Assembly (NCBI GenBank): GCA_951406725.2
Contig: OX597836.1
Coordinates: 6,758,001 to 6,822,000 of the forward strand
Length of the DNA stretch: 64,000 nucleotides
Reading direction: 5' to 3'
Source: Octopus vulgaris
Lineage: Eukaryota
The position numbers and the translations under genes were made by a program. How positions within the stretch are numbered: position 1 is the stretch's first letter; every line of letters starts with the position of its first letter. Shown here piece by piece: positions 48,032-60,963 of this stretch. The notes under the pieces were generated by a model. The model worked only from the letters and a program-made list of their open reading frames with translations, searched no databases and was not told the origin of the DNA.

Positions 48032-48093
<62 letters not shown>

Positions 48094-48895
48094 CACGCCG
48101 CCGCCACCGTTTCCCCAATATCACTATTATTAGTACCACAACCACTACCAAGGACAATATCGTACTAGCACCACCTCCACCACAACCTAAACAACCGCCA
48201 CTCCTACCCTCCCCCACTATTACCACCATTAGCGCTACCACTAATAATAAAACTATTATCAATATCATCACCATTACCATCATCATCATCGTTATTGCCT
48301 CCGTTAACTACCACTACTACTGCTACTACTGCTACTACTACAAATAAGGATGATGATAATAACAACAACAATAATAATTATAATACACCAGCACTACAAC
48401 CAGCACCACAACCACCACCACGACAACTATCACCGTTACCATCACCACCACAACCACAATCCCAACCATCACCACCACCAGGACTACTACCACCACCATA
48501 ACCACTACAACTAGCACCAACACCACCAACTCCAGCACTACCACCGTCACTATCACTACCACAACCACAACTATCACCACCACTGCAACTACTACCATAA
48601 CTACTATCACCAGAACCAACAACGTCACCAACACCACTACCACCACTACAACTAGTACCACAGCCAGCGCCACCTCAACCACGGCCACCACAACTGCCAT
48701 CACCATCACGACCACCACCACCACAATCACAACCAACACTAAAATCCGCTAGTACCACAACTACCGCTACCACAATCGCTGCTACCGACAAAACTCACGT
48801 GATCACTACCACAACTATCACCGTAACCACATGAACGTAACCACCAGCACCGCCGCTACTAATACAACGACGACAACCACCACTACCACCACCAA

Positions 48896-48946
<51 letters not shown>

Positions 48947-49087
48947 GACTACTACTACTACTTCTATCGCCGCCTCGGAGAAACTACTACTGCCACCGGT
49001 TTCTCCAGCACCGCCACCACTACACAACAACACCACCACCATTCCAATAACGTTAATGATGACATTGCAATACTGGGGTGTAATGAA

Positions 49088-49672
49088 GGCGGCGAGCTGG
49101 CAGAAACGTTACAACGCCGGGCGAAATGCTTAGCGGTATTTCGTCTGCCGTAACGTTCTGAGTTCAAATTCCGCCGAGGTCGACTTTGCTTTTCATCCTT
49201 TCGGGGTCGATTAAATAAGTACCAGTTATGCACTGGAGTCGATATAATCGACTTAATCCCTTTGTCTGTCCTTGTTTGTCCCCTCTGTGTTTATCCCCTT
49301 GTGGAAAGTAAAGAAATAGGTATTTCGTTTGCCGTTACGTTCTGAGTTCAAATTCCGCCGAGGTCGACTTTGCCTTTCATCCTTTCGGGGTCAATTAAAT
49401 AAGTACCAGTTACGCACTGGGGTCGATATAATCGACTTAATACCTTTGTCTTTCCTTGTTTATCCCCTCTATGTTTAGCCCCTTGTGGGTAGTAAAGAAA
49501 TAGGTATTTCGCCTGCCGTTACGTTCTGAGTTCAAATCCTGCCGAGGTTGACTTTGCCTTTCATCCTTTCGGGGTCGATAAATTGAGTATCAGTTGCGTA
49601 GTGGGTGCGATCTAATCGACTGGACCCTTCCCCAAAAACATTTTGGGCCTTGTGCCAAAAGTAGAAAGGAAT
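49088..49672 (+). mobile_element. SINE family A (tRNA-derived), tandem trimer
   Basis: A box tggcagaaacgtt, B box gagttcaaattcc, central gcctttcatcctttcggggtcga..aagtaccag domain. Units start at 49088, 49319 and 49503. Confidence 0.92.
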
Positions 49673-49971
49673 ATTTTGGAATATTGATAGTACTTTCAGA
49701 AAGACGAAGCTGAAAAGCTTCTTCATACCATTTCGGAAGAAGAAGTCTTATCTTCTCAAAACCTAGTTGTTACTGGTTCTCTTTGGACTAATTCTTCATG
49801 GGAAAGCTCCCCTGTTCAACGGAATACAGATTCTGACAAAGAAAAACTTAGGCGAAACAGAAGTTGGCGTGATTCGAAATCAGAACGCTAAGTTGTGCAA
49901 TATGCATTACATACTACAAAGCATTTTCGCCTGATGCTCTTACGATCAAATACATACATTATATATATATA

Positions 49972-50175
49972 TTCTTTTATTCTTCCATTCTTTTACTTGT
50001 TTCGGTTATTTTGCTGAAGCACCGCCATGCGGGAGCACCGCCCCTAGTCGAACAAATCGACCCCAGGACTTGTTCTTTGTAAGTCTAGTACTTACTCTAT
50101 CGGTCATTTATGCCGAACCGCTATGTTACGCGGACGTAGACACACCAACATCGGTCGTCAAGCGATGGTGGGGGA

Positions 50176-50223
<48 letters not shown>

Positions 50224-50388
50224 AACGTACGATGGGTTTCTTTCAGTTTCCGTCTACCAAATCCGCTCACAAGGCCTTGGTCGGCGCGAGGCTATAGTAG
50301 AAGACACTTGTCCAAGGTGCCTCGCAGTGGGACTGAACCTGGAACCATGTGGTTGGTAAGCGAGCTACCACACAGTCACTCTTGCGCC
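49972..50388 (-). mobile_element. SINE family B, full length
   Basis: Reverse complement of the family consensus. Confidence 0.9.
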
Positions 50389-50597
50389 TGTGTATGTATG
50401 CCATTGTAGAGTTTTATTTCAAGATTTCTTGCCATTAAGGTATTTTTGTATGTAGGTACACGTGCAGATTTGCATATTTTGTCTTAAGTATGTCTTCCCA
50501 TGCATATACAAGGTGGGGCGGAAAGGCCCAGGCGATATTTAAAAATTCACAAAATCATTAATTTTAGCTGCAAACAAATTTTATTGGCATCTGTGTA

Positions 50598-50636
<39 letters not shown>

Positions 50637-50711
50637 TAATAATATGACAACAAAAGAATGAATGCGACATCGATATTATGTAAATAGGGGAATTTATCTA
50701 TAAATATTAAC

Positions 50712-50832
50712 ATGTGACAATTAGTTGGTTGTCATAATAAAACTCAGAGTTTCGGATGCCGGGGCGGAAGTCTGCTACGGTATCTTGTCAGTTATTTTGA
50801 GTTTTATTATGACAACCAACTAATTGTAACAT
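50712..50832 (-). mobile_element. Second copy of the 18-kb hammerhead element, enclosed by a 35-bp inverted repeat
   Basis: Minus strand: aataa-CTGACaA-gataccg...cggcatcc-GAAA-ctctgag-TT-ttatt; arms 50712-50746 and 50798-50832. Confidence 0.65.
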
Positions 50833-50835
50833 ATC

Positions 50836-50892
<57 letters not shown>

Positions 50893-51526
50893 GAATAATT
50901 ACTGTGGAGCATTGTGTAGAATATATTGTATAAAAGATCGTAGGTAAGGCCAAGACACCTCTTGTTATTTCTTGTTGTTTGTATTCGTAATTGTGTGCCG
51001 TGTTCTCCGTTTTTGTTTGTTTTTTTTCTCTTTGTTCCCGTACACATTCGCTAGCTTTCTTACAAAGGGATCTAATGCTCTTAGCTTATACGTTTTGGGG
51101 GAAAACCAGATCGAACCATCTCAAATGTAACTGGCCGAAATGGTCGTGACTTCTGAGACTTGACTGAAGACAGAAAGCCAAGAATGACCCGTCATTTTTT
51201 TGCCTGCCCTTCTCATTGTTGTTTCTCTTGTCCGCCAATGTCTCATTTATCTGTCCGAACGTTTTAATGCCCTCTATTGTGTTTTGTTCCATTTATATAC
51301 ATGTATATTATATAATTAAATAAATATTCCTTATATAATCGGCATTAGTTAGAGAGGGACTTGAAAAGGCCCAGAGCTTCGTTAACAAACGCTTATAAAC
51401 AAACCAAGGTGATACGCAGTAGGAACGAACCCGGGACCATATGGGCAGCAATCAAGCTTCTTATAACACAACCACACCTGAGCATATGTATATATGAACA
51501 ATCACACAAATACACACATGTGCATG

Positions 51527-51572
<46 letters not shown>

Positions 51573-51849
51573 GAGAGAGAGAGAGAGAAACAGAAGCAGA
51601 GAAAGAGACAGACAGACAAACAGACACGCTGACAAAGAGAGAAAACCTCCACACACAAAACTGACAGGTATTCATTCATATCATATGCGCGTGTATATAT
51701 GTACGTATGTATGTTTGGATGTATGTATGGATATATGTATGTGTGCGTGTGTTCATATGTATGTATGTATGTATGTATATATGTATATATGTATGTATGC
51801 ATGTGTGTGTGTGTGTGTACGTTTGCATGTATGTATGTATGTACGTATG

Positions 51850-51883
<34 letters not shown>

Positions 51884-52546
51884 CGTACGTACGTATGTAT
51901 GTATGTATGTATGTATGTATGTATGTATGTATGTATGTATGTATGTATGTATGGATGTATGTATGGATATATGTATATGTGTGTGTGTTCGTTTGTATGT
52001 ATGCATGTACGTATGTATGTATGCATGTTTGTATGTATGTATGTATGTATGTATGTATGTATGTATGTATGTATGTATGTATGTATGTATGTATGTATGT
52101 ATGTGTGTGTGTGTGTACGTTTGCATGTATGTATGTACGTAGGTATGTATGTACGTATGTAAGTATGTGTGAGTACGTATGTAAGTACGTCTGTATGTGC
52201 GTGTATATATGTGCGTGTATATATGTGCGTGTATATATGTGCGTGTATATATGTGTACGTATGTATGCATGTATAACGAGAAGGTGACAAAAATCACGAA
52301 TAATTTCGAAACGCCACAGCAATGACGTAAACCGTTTCATTTAATATTGACTCATTTTCGTCGTCTTTTTATCATTATTGCTGTTGTTGGTGTTGTTGTT
52401 ATTTCTGTAGTTCTTGCCGCTACCCACTGCAACTGCTGCTGCTGCTTTCATTGTCATCAATCAACCACGTTCCACTCCAGTTATTCTGCGGAACGTCGTT
52501 TATGTTACGATTAGCAGCCTCCACAACCGGATCACATCACCTCACT

Positions 52547-52632
<86 letters not shown>

Positions 52633-52654
52633 TTTGCAGTATTTACTTTCGCTT

Positions 52655-52698
<44 letters not shown>

Positions 52699-52934
52699 TT
52701 TCTTACATTGATTGTGTCTAAGTGTGTGTACGTGTGTGTCCACCCAGATATCTTCAACATGCGAATATGAATAAATAAATTAAATAAATAAATAAATAAA
52801 TAAATAAAAGTGAATAGATATTCATGGATTGTTCGAACGTGTAGGCCACGGCTTTGCTCCTGAATCTCTGAAATTGTTCTCCGGTCTGATGTGTTCATGG
52901 AAAAGTTCATGGGTTAAATAATATTTTCCGAAAT

Positions 52935-53155
52935 GTTCTTTTCTACTCTAGGTACAAGGCCCAAAATTTTGGGGGAGGGGGCCAGTCGATATCATCGACC
53001 ACAGTGGTTGACTGGGACTTAATTTATCGACCCCGAAAGGATGAAAGGCAAAGTCGACGTCGGCAGAATTTGAACTCAGAACGTAGCGGCAGATGAAATA
53101 CCTATTTCTTTGCTACCCACAAGGGGCTAAACACAGAGGACAAACAAGGACAGAC
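52935..53155 (-). mobile_element. SINE family A concatemer fragment
   Basis: Reverse complement of about 49445-49672, including the same unit junction. Confidence 0.88.
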
Positions 53156-53194
53156 ACACACAGAGACAGACACAAACATAAATATATATATTCC

Positions 53195-53488
53195 ATCGTT
53201 TATTAATGACCATGTGATAGCACCTAGGAAGTTCCTGTCCACCAGCAGTTGCTCATGCATAGCAGCCTCCCACTCTCCATACCACTGATGTTATCCAATA
53301 GGAAGGCAAAGAGGCTGATACAGCTTGACACCAATGGCGTCGCAACTCACTTCTATAGCTGAGTGAACTGGAGCAACGTGAAATAAAGTGTCTTGCTCAA
53401 GAGCACAACACGCAGCCCGATCCCGAAATCGAACTCATAACCTCATGATTGTGAGCCTTATACTCTAACCACTGAGCCATGCGCCTTC
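53195..53488 (-). mobile_element. SINE family C (tRNA-derived)
   Basis: Minus strand: ggcgcatggctcagtggttagag (A box)...gagttcgatttc (B box)...ttgagcaagacacttt. Confidence 0.85.
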
Positions 53489-53493
53489 ACTCA

Positions 53494-53557
<64 letters not shown>

Positions 53558-53959
53558 GACACAAGCATGATGTAGGGGAAAGAGTAAACCGTGGAACAGA
53601 GTGCGACCGTATGCTCGTGACAAATGCGATTTTACAACGATAAAAGCTTTACGTTCCTTAAGAATATATAAGTATAATGCATGGCGTATTTCTGAATAGA
53701 ATGTGTCATAAAAGAGAGGAGGGATGGTCACAGAATGAATGGCAGTCGGTTGACGTAAGTACAACTCAGCGAAAGACCTTTCAAGAGCAACATCCGGAAC
53801 GACAGATCTCAGTGCAACAGCCTATCCTTCGTGCGATTAAGAGTGAATCATCGAGGGCTGAGTGATCAGGTCGAACATGGAGATATACAACGAAAACAAC
53901 AACAACAAACGATATAAATGGTTTCGAATTTTGCCACAATGCCAGCCATTTTTTTTTTG

Positions 53960-54132
53960 AGTAGATTACATCACCCCTCCGCTGGTGCCCAGGTTCCACA
54001 AAAGAAGTACCAAGGGGTTAGTCGATTACATCACCCCTCCGCTGGTGCCCAGGTTCCACAAAAGAAGTACCAAGGGGTTAGTCGATTACATCACCCCTCC
54101 GCTGGTGCCCAGGTTCGACAAAAGAAGTACCA
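53960..54132. repeat. 60-bp tandem repeat, about 2.9 copies, inside a minus-strand SINE A
   Basis: Unit agtcgattacatcacccctccgctggtgcccaggttccacaaaagaagtaccaaggggtt. Confidence 0.95.
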
Positions 54133-54569
54133 GTGCTCAACTGGTACTTATTTTATCGAACCCGTAGAGATGAAAGACGAAGTTGACTGCGTTGGAATTT
54201 AAACTCGGGACGCAAAATATCGAACCAAATACGGTTAAACATTTTTGCCTACCTGCGATTGTAATAAACCGACCGTCTTAACGCACCGGTACCACCGACA
54301 CCATCCTTAACATTGGTCTGCCCCATTTACCATCCACCACCATCACCGTAACTCTCGACTGTTTCCTTTTGATCTCCGTTATGTCTATTTGTGATTGTGT
54401 AGTGGTTCATTTGAAATTTTGATTATAATATCCAGAGCTTTGATTCTCTTAAGCTGATAATTTCTCGTTTGCAGTCTTCGTTTCGTCCGCTTTCCCCAAG
54501 GAAAATCGAGCGAATAGATAATCTTTAATTCATTTTAAATAGAGCGAGGCAGACATTAATTTTCATGTG

Positions 54570-54900
54570 GTTACGCTTAAGAGGAGAATCTCGTCTTACG
54601 TAGTTCCAAAATGCTGGCTTCTGATTAAAGGAAACGTAAATAAGATCAAGGCTTTCTACAATGGGTGCCGGACAATAACCTGCTTCTTCTTCTGGTACAA
54701 CGACATGCCAAATGAAGAGCTGTGTCACCAAACTGGTTGCAGTAGTGTGGTCCTTGCAGTAAAACCTTACGATCACAGGTAACTGGTCAGGCTCTCGCTG
54801 CAGGATACCGAAAGTATTATTAAGACGGAGACCGTCTTGGAAAGCGAAAACGTAACCGGATAAATGGAACCAGACATAAAAACAGTCGTGATTGTGGAGG
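54570..54900 (+). mobile_element. Decayed RTE-clade LINE fragment (C-terminus of RT ORF)
   Basis: KIKAFYNGCRTITCFFFWYNDMPNEELCHQTG...; another frame gives RIPKVLLRRRP / GKRKRNR. Typical RTE C-terminal pattern (AF...CLR.I....W.D...NEEL...T...RIPK....W...GKR.RGR). Confidence 0.7.
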
Positions 54901-55030
54901 TGTAGAGAAATGCATCTTACATTGGACATGATACAAGGTATGAAAGGCATCGAATCTTGGAAATCTTATTTTCCCACAGAGAAGAAAATTTTTAGATTTG
55001 AGTTTTGGAAATCAAAACAAGAATAATAAA

Positions 55031-55090
<60 letters not shown>

Positions 55091-55527
55091 AAAGGCAAAT
55101 GAAAAAGAGAAAATGCAGCGTTCGTTTCGACTCTTTACCTTCTGAAATCAAATCTCTATGTAATCAACGTCCTCCGGGGACAATCAAATAAAGTACGACC
55201 AACTAAGCCCTCACTTTAAAAATTGGTGGCCTTGCGCCAAAGTCAATAGACAATATTATCAATGATTATAATAACCGCTTTTTTATGTATTTGGGAGACA
55301 TTACGCAAGCGCAGTCGCGATAAATGTCATAAATGTATTAGCTTGCTAAGTAACATAATGTTACCAAAACAATGTTACGTCACCTGGATAAATGGCTGCC
55401 TTGCATCGAAAGAGTGCAATATATGTATGCATGAATGTATGTACAGACACAGGGATGGCTGTGTGGTAAGACGCTTGCTTCCTAACCGCATGAATTCAGG
55501 AGACGAAAACTGAAAGAAGTCTGTCGA

Positions 55528-55559
<32 letters not shown>

Positions 55560-55796
55560 TAATAAATGAAATAAAACATATGCATATATATAAACATATA
55601 TGTACGTACCTACCTCTACATGTACATATACACGCATATATGAGTACAGGACACCAAAGGGACGTCGAACTCAAAGAGAAACGAAAGCATAGATACAAAC
55701 CAAAGGAACTGGACATTTTTTTAAAAACAACAAAAAATGGAAGTACAGGACAATTAACACAACGAAAAAACCCCTTCTTCAGTCGCTAAGGTTTCA

Positions 55797-55827
<31 letters not shown>

Positions 55828-55831
<4 letters not shown>

Positions 55832-56191
55832 CAAATAAACAAAAAGGATGTCCGGGTATTAGTGCATTACGGTCGTTTCAAGCGGCTCCATTTAATCGAT
55901 CAATGCAAGCATTAAATCAATTTTTAAAAAAAACATTTTCCTCAAACGCATAAGACCATATAGGTTTTCAATATACAATATGTGATTTATTTATTCTCTA
56001 GTTCTGATGAAAAATTTACTAAAAAATTATAACGGAGTATCCTGTATATTGAAAGCCTATATGGTCTAATGCGTACGAGGAAAGCGGGTTATTTTAACCT
56101 GATGTAATGCGTGCATTGATCGATTAAATGGAGGCGCCTGAAACGGCCGTAATGCAATAATACCTGGACATCCTTCTTACTTATTTGCTTT
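55828..56191. repeat. Long imperfect inverted repeat (about 150-bp arms) between (TA)n tracts
   Basis: 55828-55977 is the reverse complement of about 56044-56191. Confidence 0.9.
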
Positions 56192-56252
56192 TTATTCATC
56201 CAACTTCGATTGACTTGGTGTCTCAACTTAAATAATTCAAAAGAATCTTTTT

Positions 56253-56321
<69 letters not shown>

Positions 56322-56525
56322 ATACACGACTATTTCTGGCCATTACGTCATGTTGAACCATTAACCCCTACACATTTTGTTTTATCTCCGTTTCTTATTT
56401 TTTTACCTTTCAGTCCTTTCTACCAAATACTTTTCCTTTCTTCCCGATCGTTAAACTAATACACCCGCTTGTCGTTTCTTAACCTGTCTTCGTCTTTAAT
56501 TTTCTGTAAATTTGAACTTTATATA

Positions 56526-56637
<112 letters not shown>

Positions 56638-57880
56638 GACAGAGACAGATAGATATAAATAAATATATATTTGACGTTTCGAGCCTACGCTCTTTGGCAA
56701 AGTTAATCAATGCTATGCGTACTTTTTTAAAAAGAAAAGAAACAAAGGGCAACGACGGGATTTGAACTGAGTACATAAACGAATGGACGTAATTCCTGCT
56801 GGGAAACGCTTTGTCCACACCTCCATCGATTCTAGCAGACTTCTTAATGAGAATGTCTGGTTTCCATCGTTAATGAATGACATGCGTAATTTCCAATTTA
56901 CTAAGGTGATTCTGAGCTTTTTCACTACGTCTGTCTTTATAATTACTCCTGCAGCCAACGCACCTCCTGCTGCTGCTGCTGCTGCTGCTACTACTATTTC
57001 TACTAATGCTTTCTGAGTTATGTTTTGTGAGGTGGATGCAGTGTTGATAGAAGTGATGTAACTGGTGGTGCTGGTGCTGGTAGATAGGTAGTGGTGGTGG
57101 TGGTGGTGGTGGTAGAGATGGTGGTCGCGGTGGTTGTGGTGGTGGTATTGATAGTGGTGATGATGGAGGTGATGGCGGTGATGATGATGATGGTAGCGAT
57201 GATGCTGGTGGTGGTGGTGGTGGTGGTGGTGGTGGTGATGATGCTGGTTGTTGTAATGGTGAAGGTGGTGGTGAGGAGGCACTGGCTACTGTGGCGGTGG
57301 TGGTGGTGATGGTGATGCTGAAGGTGGTGGTAGCGATTGTGATGAGGTGTTGGCGGTGGGGCGTAATGGAAGTGTGGTGATGGTGATGGTGGTGGCATTG
57401 CTAGTCCTGGCAATGGTTGTGCTGGTGGTAATGGGTGTAGGGTGGGGGGGAGAAAAACAAGATGGCAGTGGTGGAGGTGATGGTGACGACGGATGGATGC
57501 ATGGATGGATGGATGGGTGGTGGGAATGATGGGGATGTTGGGGCGCAAAGGGGATGGTGAGTGGTGGTGGTGGTTGTGGGTGAGTGGTGGTGGTGGTTGT
57601 GGTGGTGGTGGTGGTGGTGGTGGTGGTGGTGGTGGTGGTGGTGGTGGTGGTGATGGTGGTGGTGGCGGCGGAGGCGTTGGTATGGTTCGTAGTTGTGCTG
57701 TTGATGTTGATGATGCTGATGATGTTGGTCCTAAGTAACCGAAACCAAATTTGGTAAAAGAAACTAATTAAATAATGGTCTATTGTTGATCTTTGCAATC
57801 AAATGTTAATAATTATGTCGCGTTGCGGGGGGGGGGGAGTGAGAGGGAGGAACAAACTAGACTTAAATTATATTGACGAC

Positions 57881-57945
<65 letters not shown>

Positions 57946-57964
57946 GTTTCACCTTTTTCCTCTC

Positions 57965-58060
57965 TGGCTGTCATCAACATCGCTGACACACAAACACGTA
58001 CGACAAGTAAAATAAACATTGTCATCGATGACGTCACTGTCGTGGCGAACGGACTCGAAA
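57965..58060. promoter_or_regulatory. Candidate regulatory island with full CRE
   Basis: TGACGTCA at 58029-58036 overlaps the palindrome GTCATCGATGAC; CTGTCA at about 57968; flanked by GA/CT tracts. Confidence 0.35.
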
Positions 58061-58428
58061 CCCCATACCCCCCACCCCCACCCCACCTGCCTGTCCACCC
58101 CTTCCACCGTGAGAAAAAAACATCACCTCCCTTCCCACTCTCTCACCACCTGCCTCTCTGCTTCTCTCCGCATTTTACTATCGTTCTTCGACTCCCTTTC
58201 TCTCTCTCTTTCTCTTTCTCTTTCTCTCTCTCCCTTTCTTTCTCTCTCTCTCTCATTCTTTAGTTATGTTCTATGGGTTTTGCTTCTCTCTTTCTCTGAC
58301 ACTACCTCGGCTTTTTATCTGCTTTTATAACTATATGTGTGTGTGTGTGGAGAGAGAGAGAGAGAGAAAGAGAAAGTGAAAGAGAGAGATAGAGATAGAA
58401 ACAGGTTGATAGATTGAGATAGATTTAT

Positions 58429-58492
<64 letters not shown>

Positions 58493-58512
58493 GTAGATAG
58501 ATACAGATATAA

Positions 58513-58544
<32 letters not shown>

Positions 58545-58937
58545 CTGTCTACATATATATACATACATACATGTATAGATAGATAGAGAAATACAGATAT
58601 ATAGATAGATAGATATACATATATTTAGAAACACACACACAAACACACATATATATATTTCTGAGATGAGTCAGGATCACTTTTTTGTTGTTTTGCTTTG
58701 TTTTTGTATTTCACTTCATCCACCCAACATTCATTCTATGCTTCCCTTTTAATTTTTGGTCTTTGTGCCCCCCCTCTCTCTCTCTAACTTTCTCTTCAAT
58801 TCTCTCTCTTTTTCCTTCTTTCTCTCTCCATCTACACTCTCTCTCTCTGTCTCTCTCTCTCTCTCTCTCTTTCCTTCTCTCTCTCTCATACTGACTCATT
58901 CAAATTGGTAACGTTAACTGACCGGACGAGCTGAATA

Positions 58938-59079
<142 letters not shown>

Positions 59080-59126
59080 TAATAATAATAATAATAATTA
59101 TAATAATTATAATAATAATGATGATG

Positions 59127-59199
<73 letters not shown>

Positions 59200-59264
59200 T
59201 AATAAAAATGATGATGATAATAATAGTAATAATAATGACAATGATGATGATAATGGTGATGATG

Positions 59265-59295
<31 letters not shown>

Positions 59296-59451
59296 CGATG
59301 ATAATAATAACAACGACAATAACAATGGCAATGATAATGACGATGGTGGTGTTGATGAGGGGGAGGAGGTAGAAAGCCATCAATTTTTAGGGGGGTGGGG
59401 CATCGATTGCACCCACGTCCTCCAGTAGTTGACGGTCTCATTCAAGCTCAT

Positions 59452-59910
59452 GGATCTTTTCCTTTTGATAGACAGAATTCAACACAATTTCTAGTTAACT
59501 AAACAATTTGAAACTTCGTATACTGGTAGAATGTGTCAAAAGAAAACCATGGGAGAAGCCTTTTTGGTAAAAAAAAAATAAAGAAAATATTCAAAAAATA
59601 TCGTTAATATTTTTATTGGGCGACGAAATTCATCGACTTAAGATATATGGCCTAGCACATGCCAACACAACCCTCCTCGTTTGTTTATCAATATCGATAA
59701 CGCAGCAAATGATTTCAGCTCAAAAGAGAGCATAGGATTGGTTAAAATTCGAAAAATTAAACTACGTTAAACAAACGAATTACAAATTTATCAAAAAAGC
59801 CAAGTGAAAATAATGTTTTCTTTTGACACATTCTACCAGTATACGAAACTTAAAAGTGTTTAGTTAACTAGAAATTGTGTTGAATTCTGTCTATCAAAAG
59901 GAAAAGATCC
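59452..59910. mobile_element. MITE with about 96-bp TIRs and 8-bp TSD (Merlin-like termini)
   Basis: Left TIR ggatcttttccttttgatagacagaattcaacacaatttctagttaactaaac...; near-perfect reverse complement at 59815-59910. Flanks AAGCTCAT (59444-59451) and AAACTCAT (59911-59918). Confidence 0.88.
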
Positions 59911-60059
59911 AAACTCATAAAGGATACGAATAGCACAAGGCGCTTTCTCCGATGCTCTAACGATTCTGCCGATCCCCAAAACCTTAAATGCTGCTGCTGC
60001 TGCTGATGATGATGATGAAGATAATGTTGGTGGTGATGGTGGTGGTGGTGGTGGTGGTG

Positions 60060-60450
60060 GTTTCAAATTTCGGTACAAAGCTAGCAAATTTTGGGTGACG
60101 GGTTGAATCGATTACATCGACCCCAGTACACAACTGGTACGTATTCCTCGGCAGAATTTGGACTCAGAACTGGAAGGTGGACGAAATGACGCAAAGCATT
60201 TTGTCCGGCGCATTAATTTGTTCTGTCAGACGATGATGATGATGATGGAAGCACAAGGCGGCAAATTTGGGGGAAGGGATTAAGTCGATTACACCGACCC
60301 CAGTGCGTGACTGGTGCTTAATTTATCGACCCCGAAGGGATGAAAGGTAAAGTTGACCTCGGCGGAATTCGAACTCAGAACGTAGCGGCAGACGAAATAC
60401 ACCGAAGCATTTCGCCCGGCGTGCTAACGTTTCTGCCGGGTCGACGCCTT
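60060..60450 (-). mobile_element. SINE family A, two minus-strand copies
   Basis: ctggtgcttaatttatcgaccccgaagggatgaaagg...tcgaactcagaacgt...gctaacgtttctgcc. Confidence 0.85.
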
Positions 60451-60772
60451 ATCATGCGTTTGAGAATAAATTATTTCTGTATCTTTCAAGACTGCACGGA
60501 AGAGAATTTACTACTCAGAGTTGAGAATGAAAGATGTAAGGGATTGGATGGGGAGTATTTCATTCTGTTTTTGTGTCATGTGTGTCTTTGTGTGTGTGTG
60601 TGTGTGTGTGTGCGTGTGTGTGTGTATGTGAGTGTGTTTTTGTGTCATGTGTGTCTTTATGTGTGTGTGTGAGTGCATAAATGTGTGTGTGTGTGAGTGT
60701 GTATATGAGTGTATGTGTGTGGGCGTGTTTATGTGTTTCTGTGCGCCCTCGTAAGCACCTCTGATGATTCGT

Positions 60773-60914
60773 AGGTCGACTTTGCCTTTCATCTTTTCGG
60801 GGTCGATAAATAAAGTACCAGTTTCGCACTGGGGTCGATGTAATCGACTTAATACCTATGTCTGTCCTTGTTTGTCCCCTCTATGTTTAGCCCCTTCTGG
60901 GCAGTAAAGAAATA
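60773..60914 (+). mobile_element. SINE family A, 3' half with Tx1-like tail
   Basis: aggtcgactttgcctttcatc...tgtctgtccttgtttgtcccctctatgtttagccccttctgggcagtaaagaaat. Confidence 0.88.
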
Positions 60915-60963
60915 TATACGGTTATACAGTACGCAAGATGGCGGCTGACTGTCTTTGTTACTT

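Noticed and set aside
46895-48133. 412-aa ORF, the longest in the window
   Set aside because: Mostly poly-I/M from (AAT/GAT)n; the unique N-terminal part has no recognisable domain
48100-49040. Thr/Pro-rich mucin-like stretch
   Set aside because: Decayed (ACC/ACT)n interrupted by stops and frameshifts; no splice signals
53677-53865. 62-aa ORF or exon with GAC|GTAAGT
   Set aside because: No convincing acceptor or domain similarity
53960-54132. CRISPR-like array
   Set aside because: Whole 60-bp units repeat with no unique spacers; eukaryotic context; no cas genes
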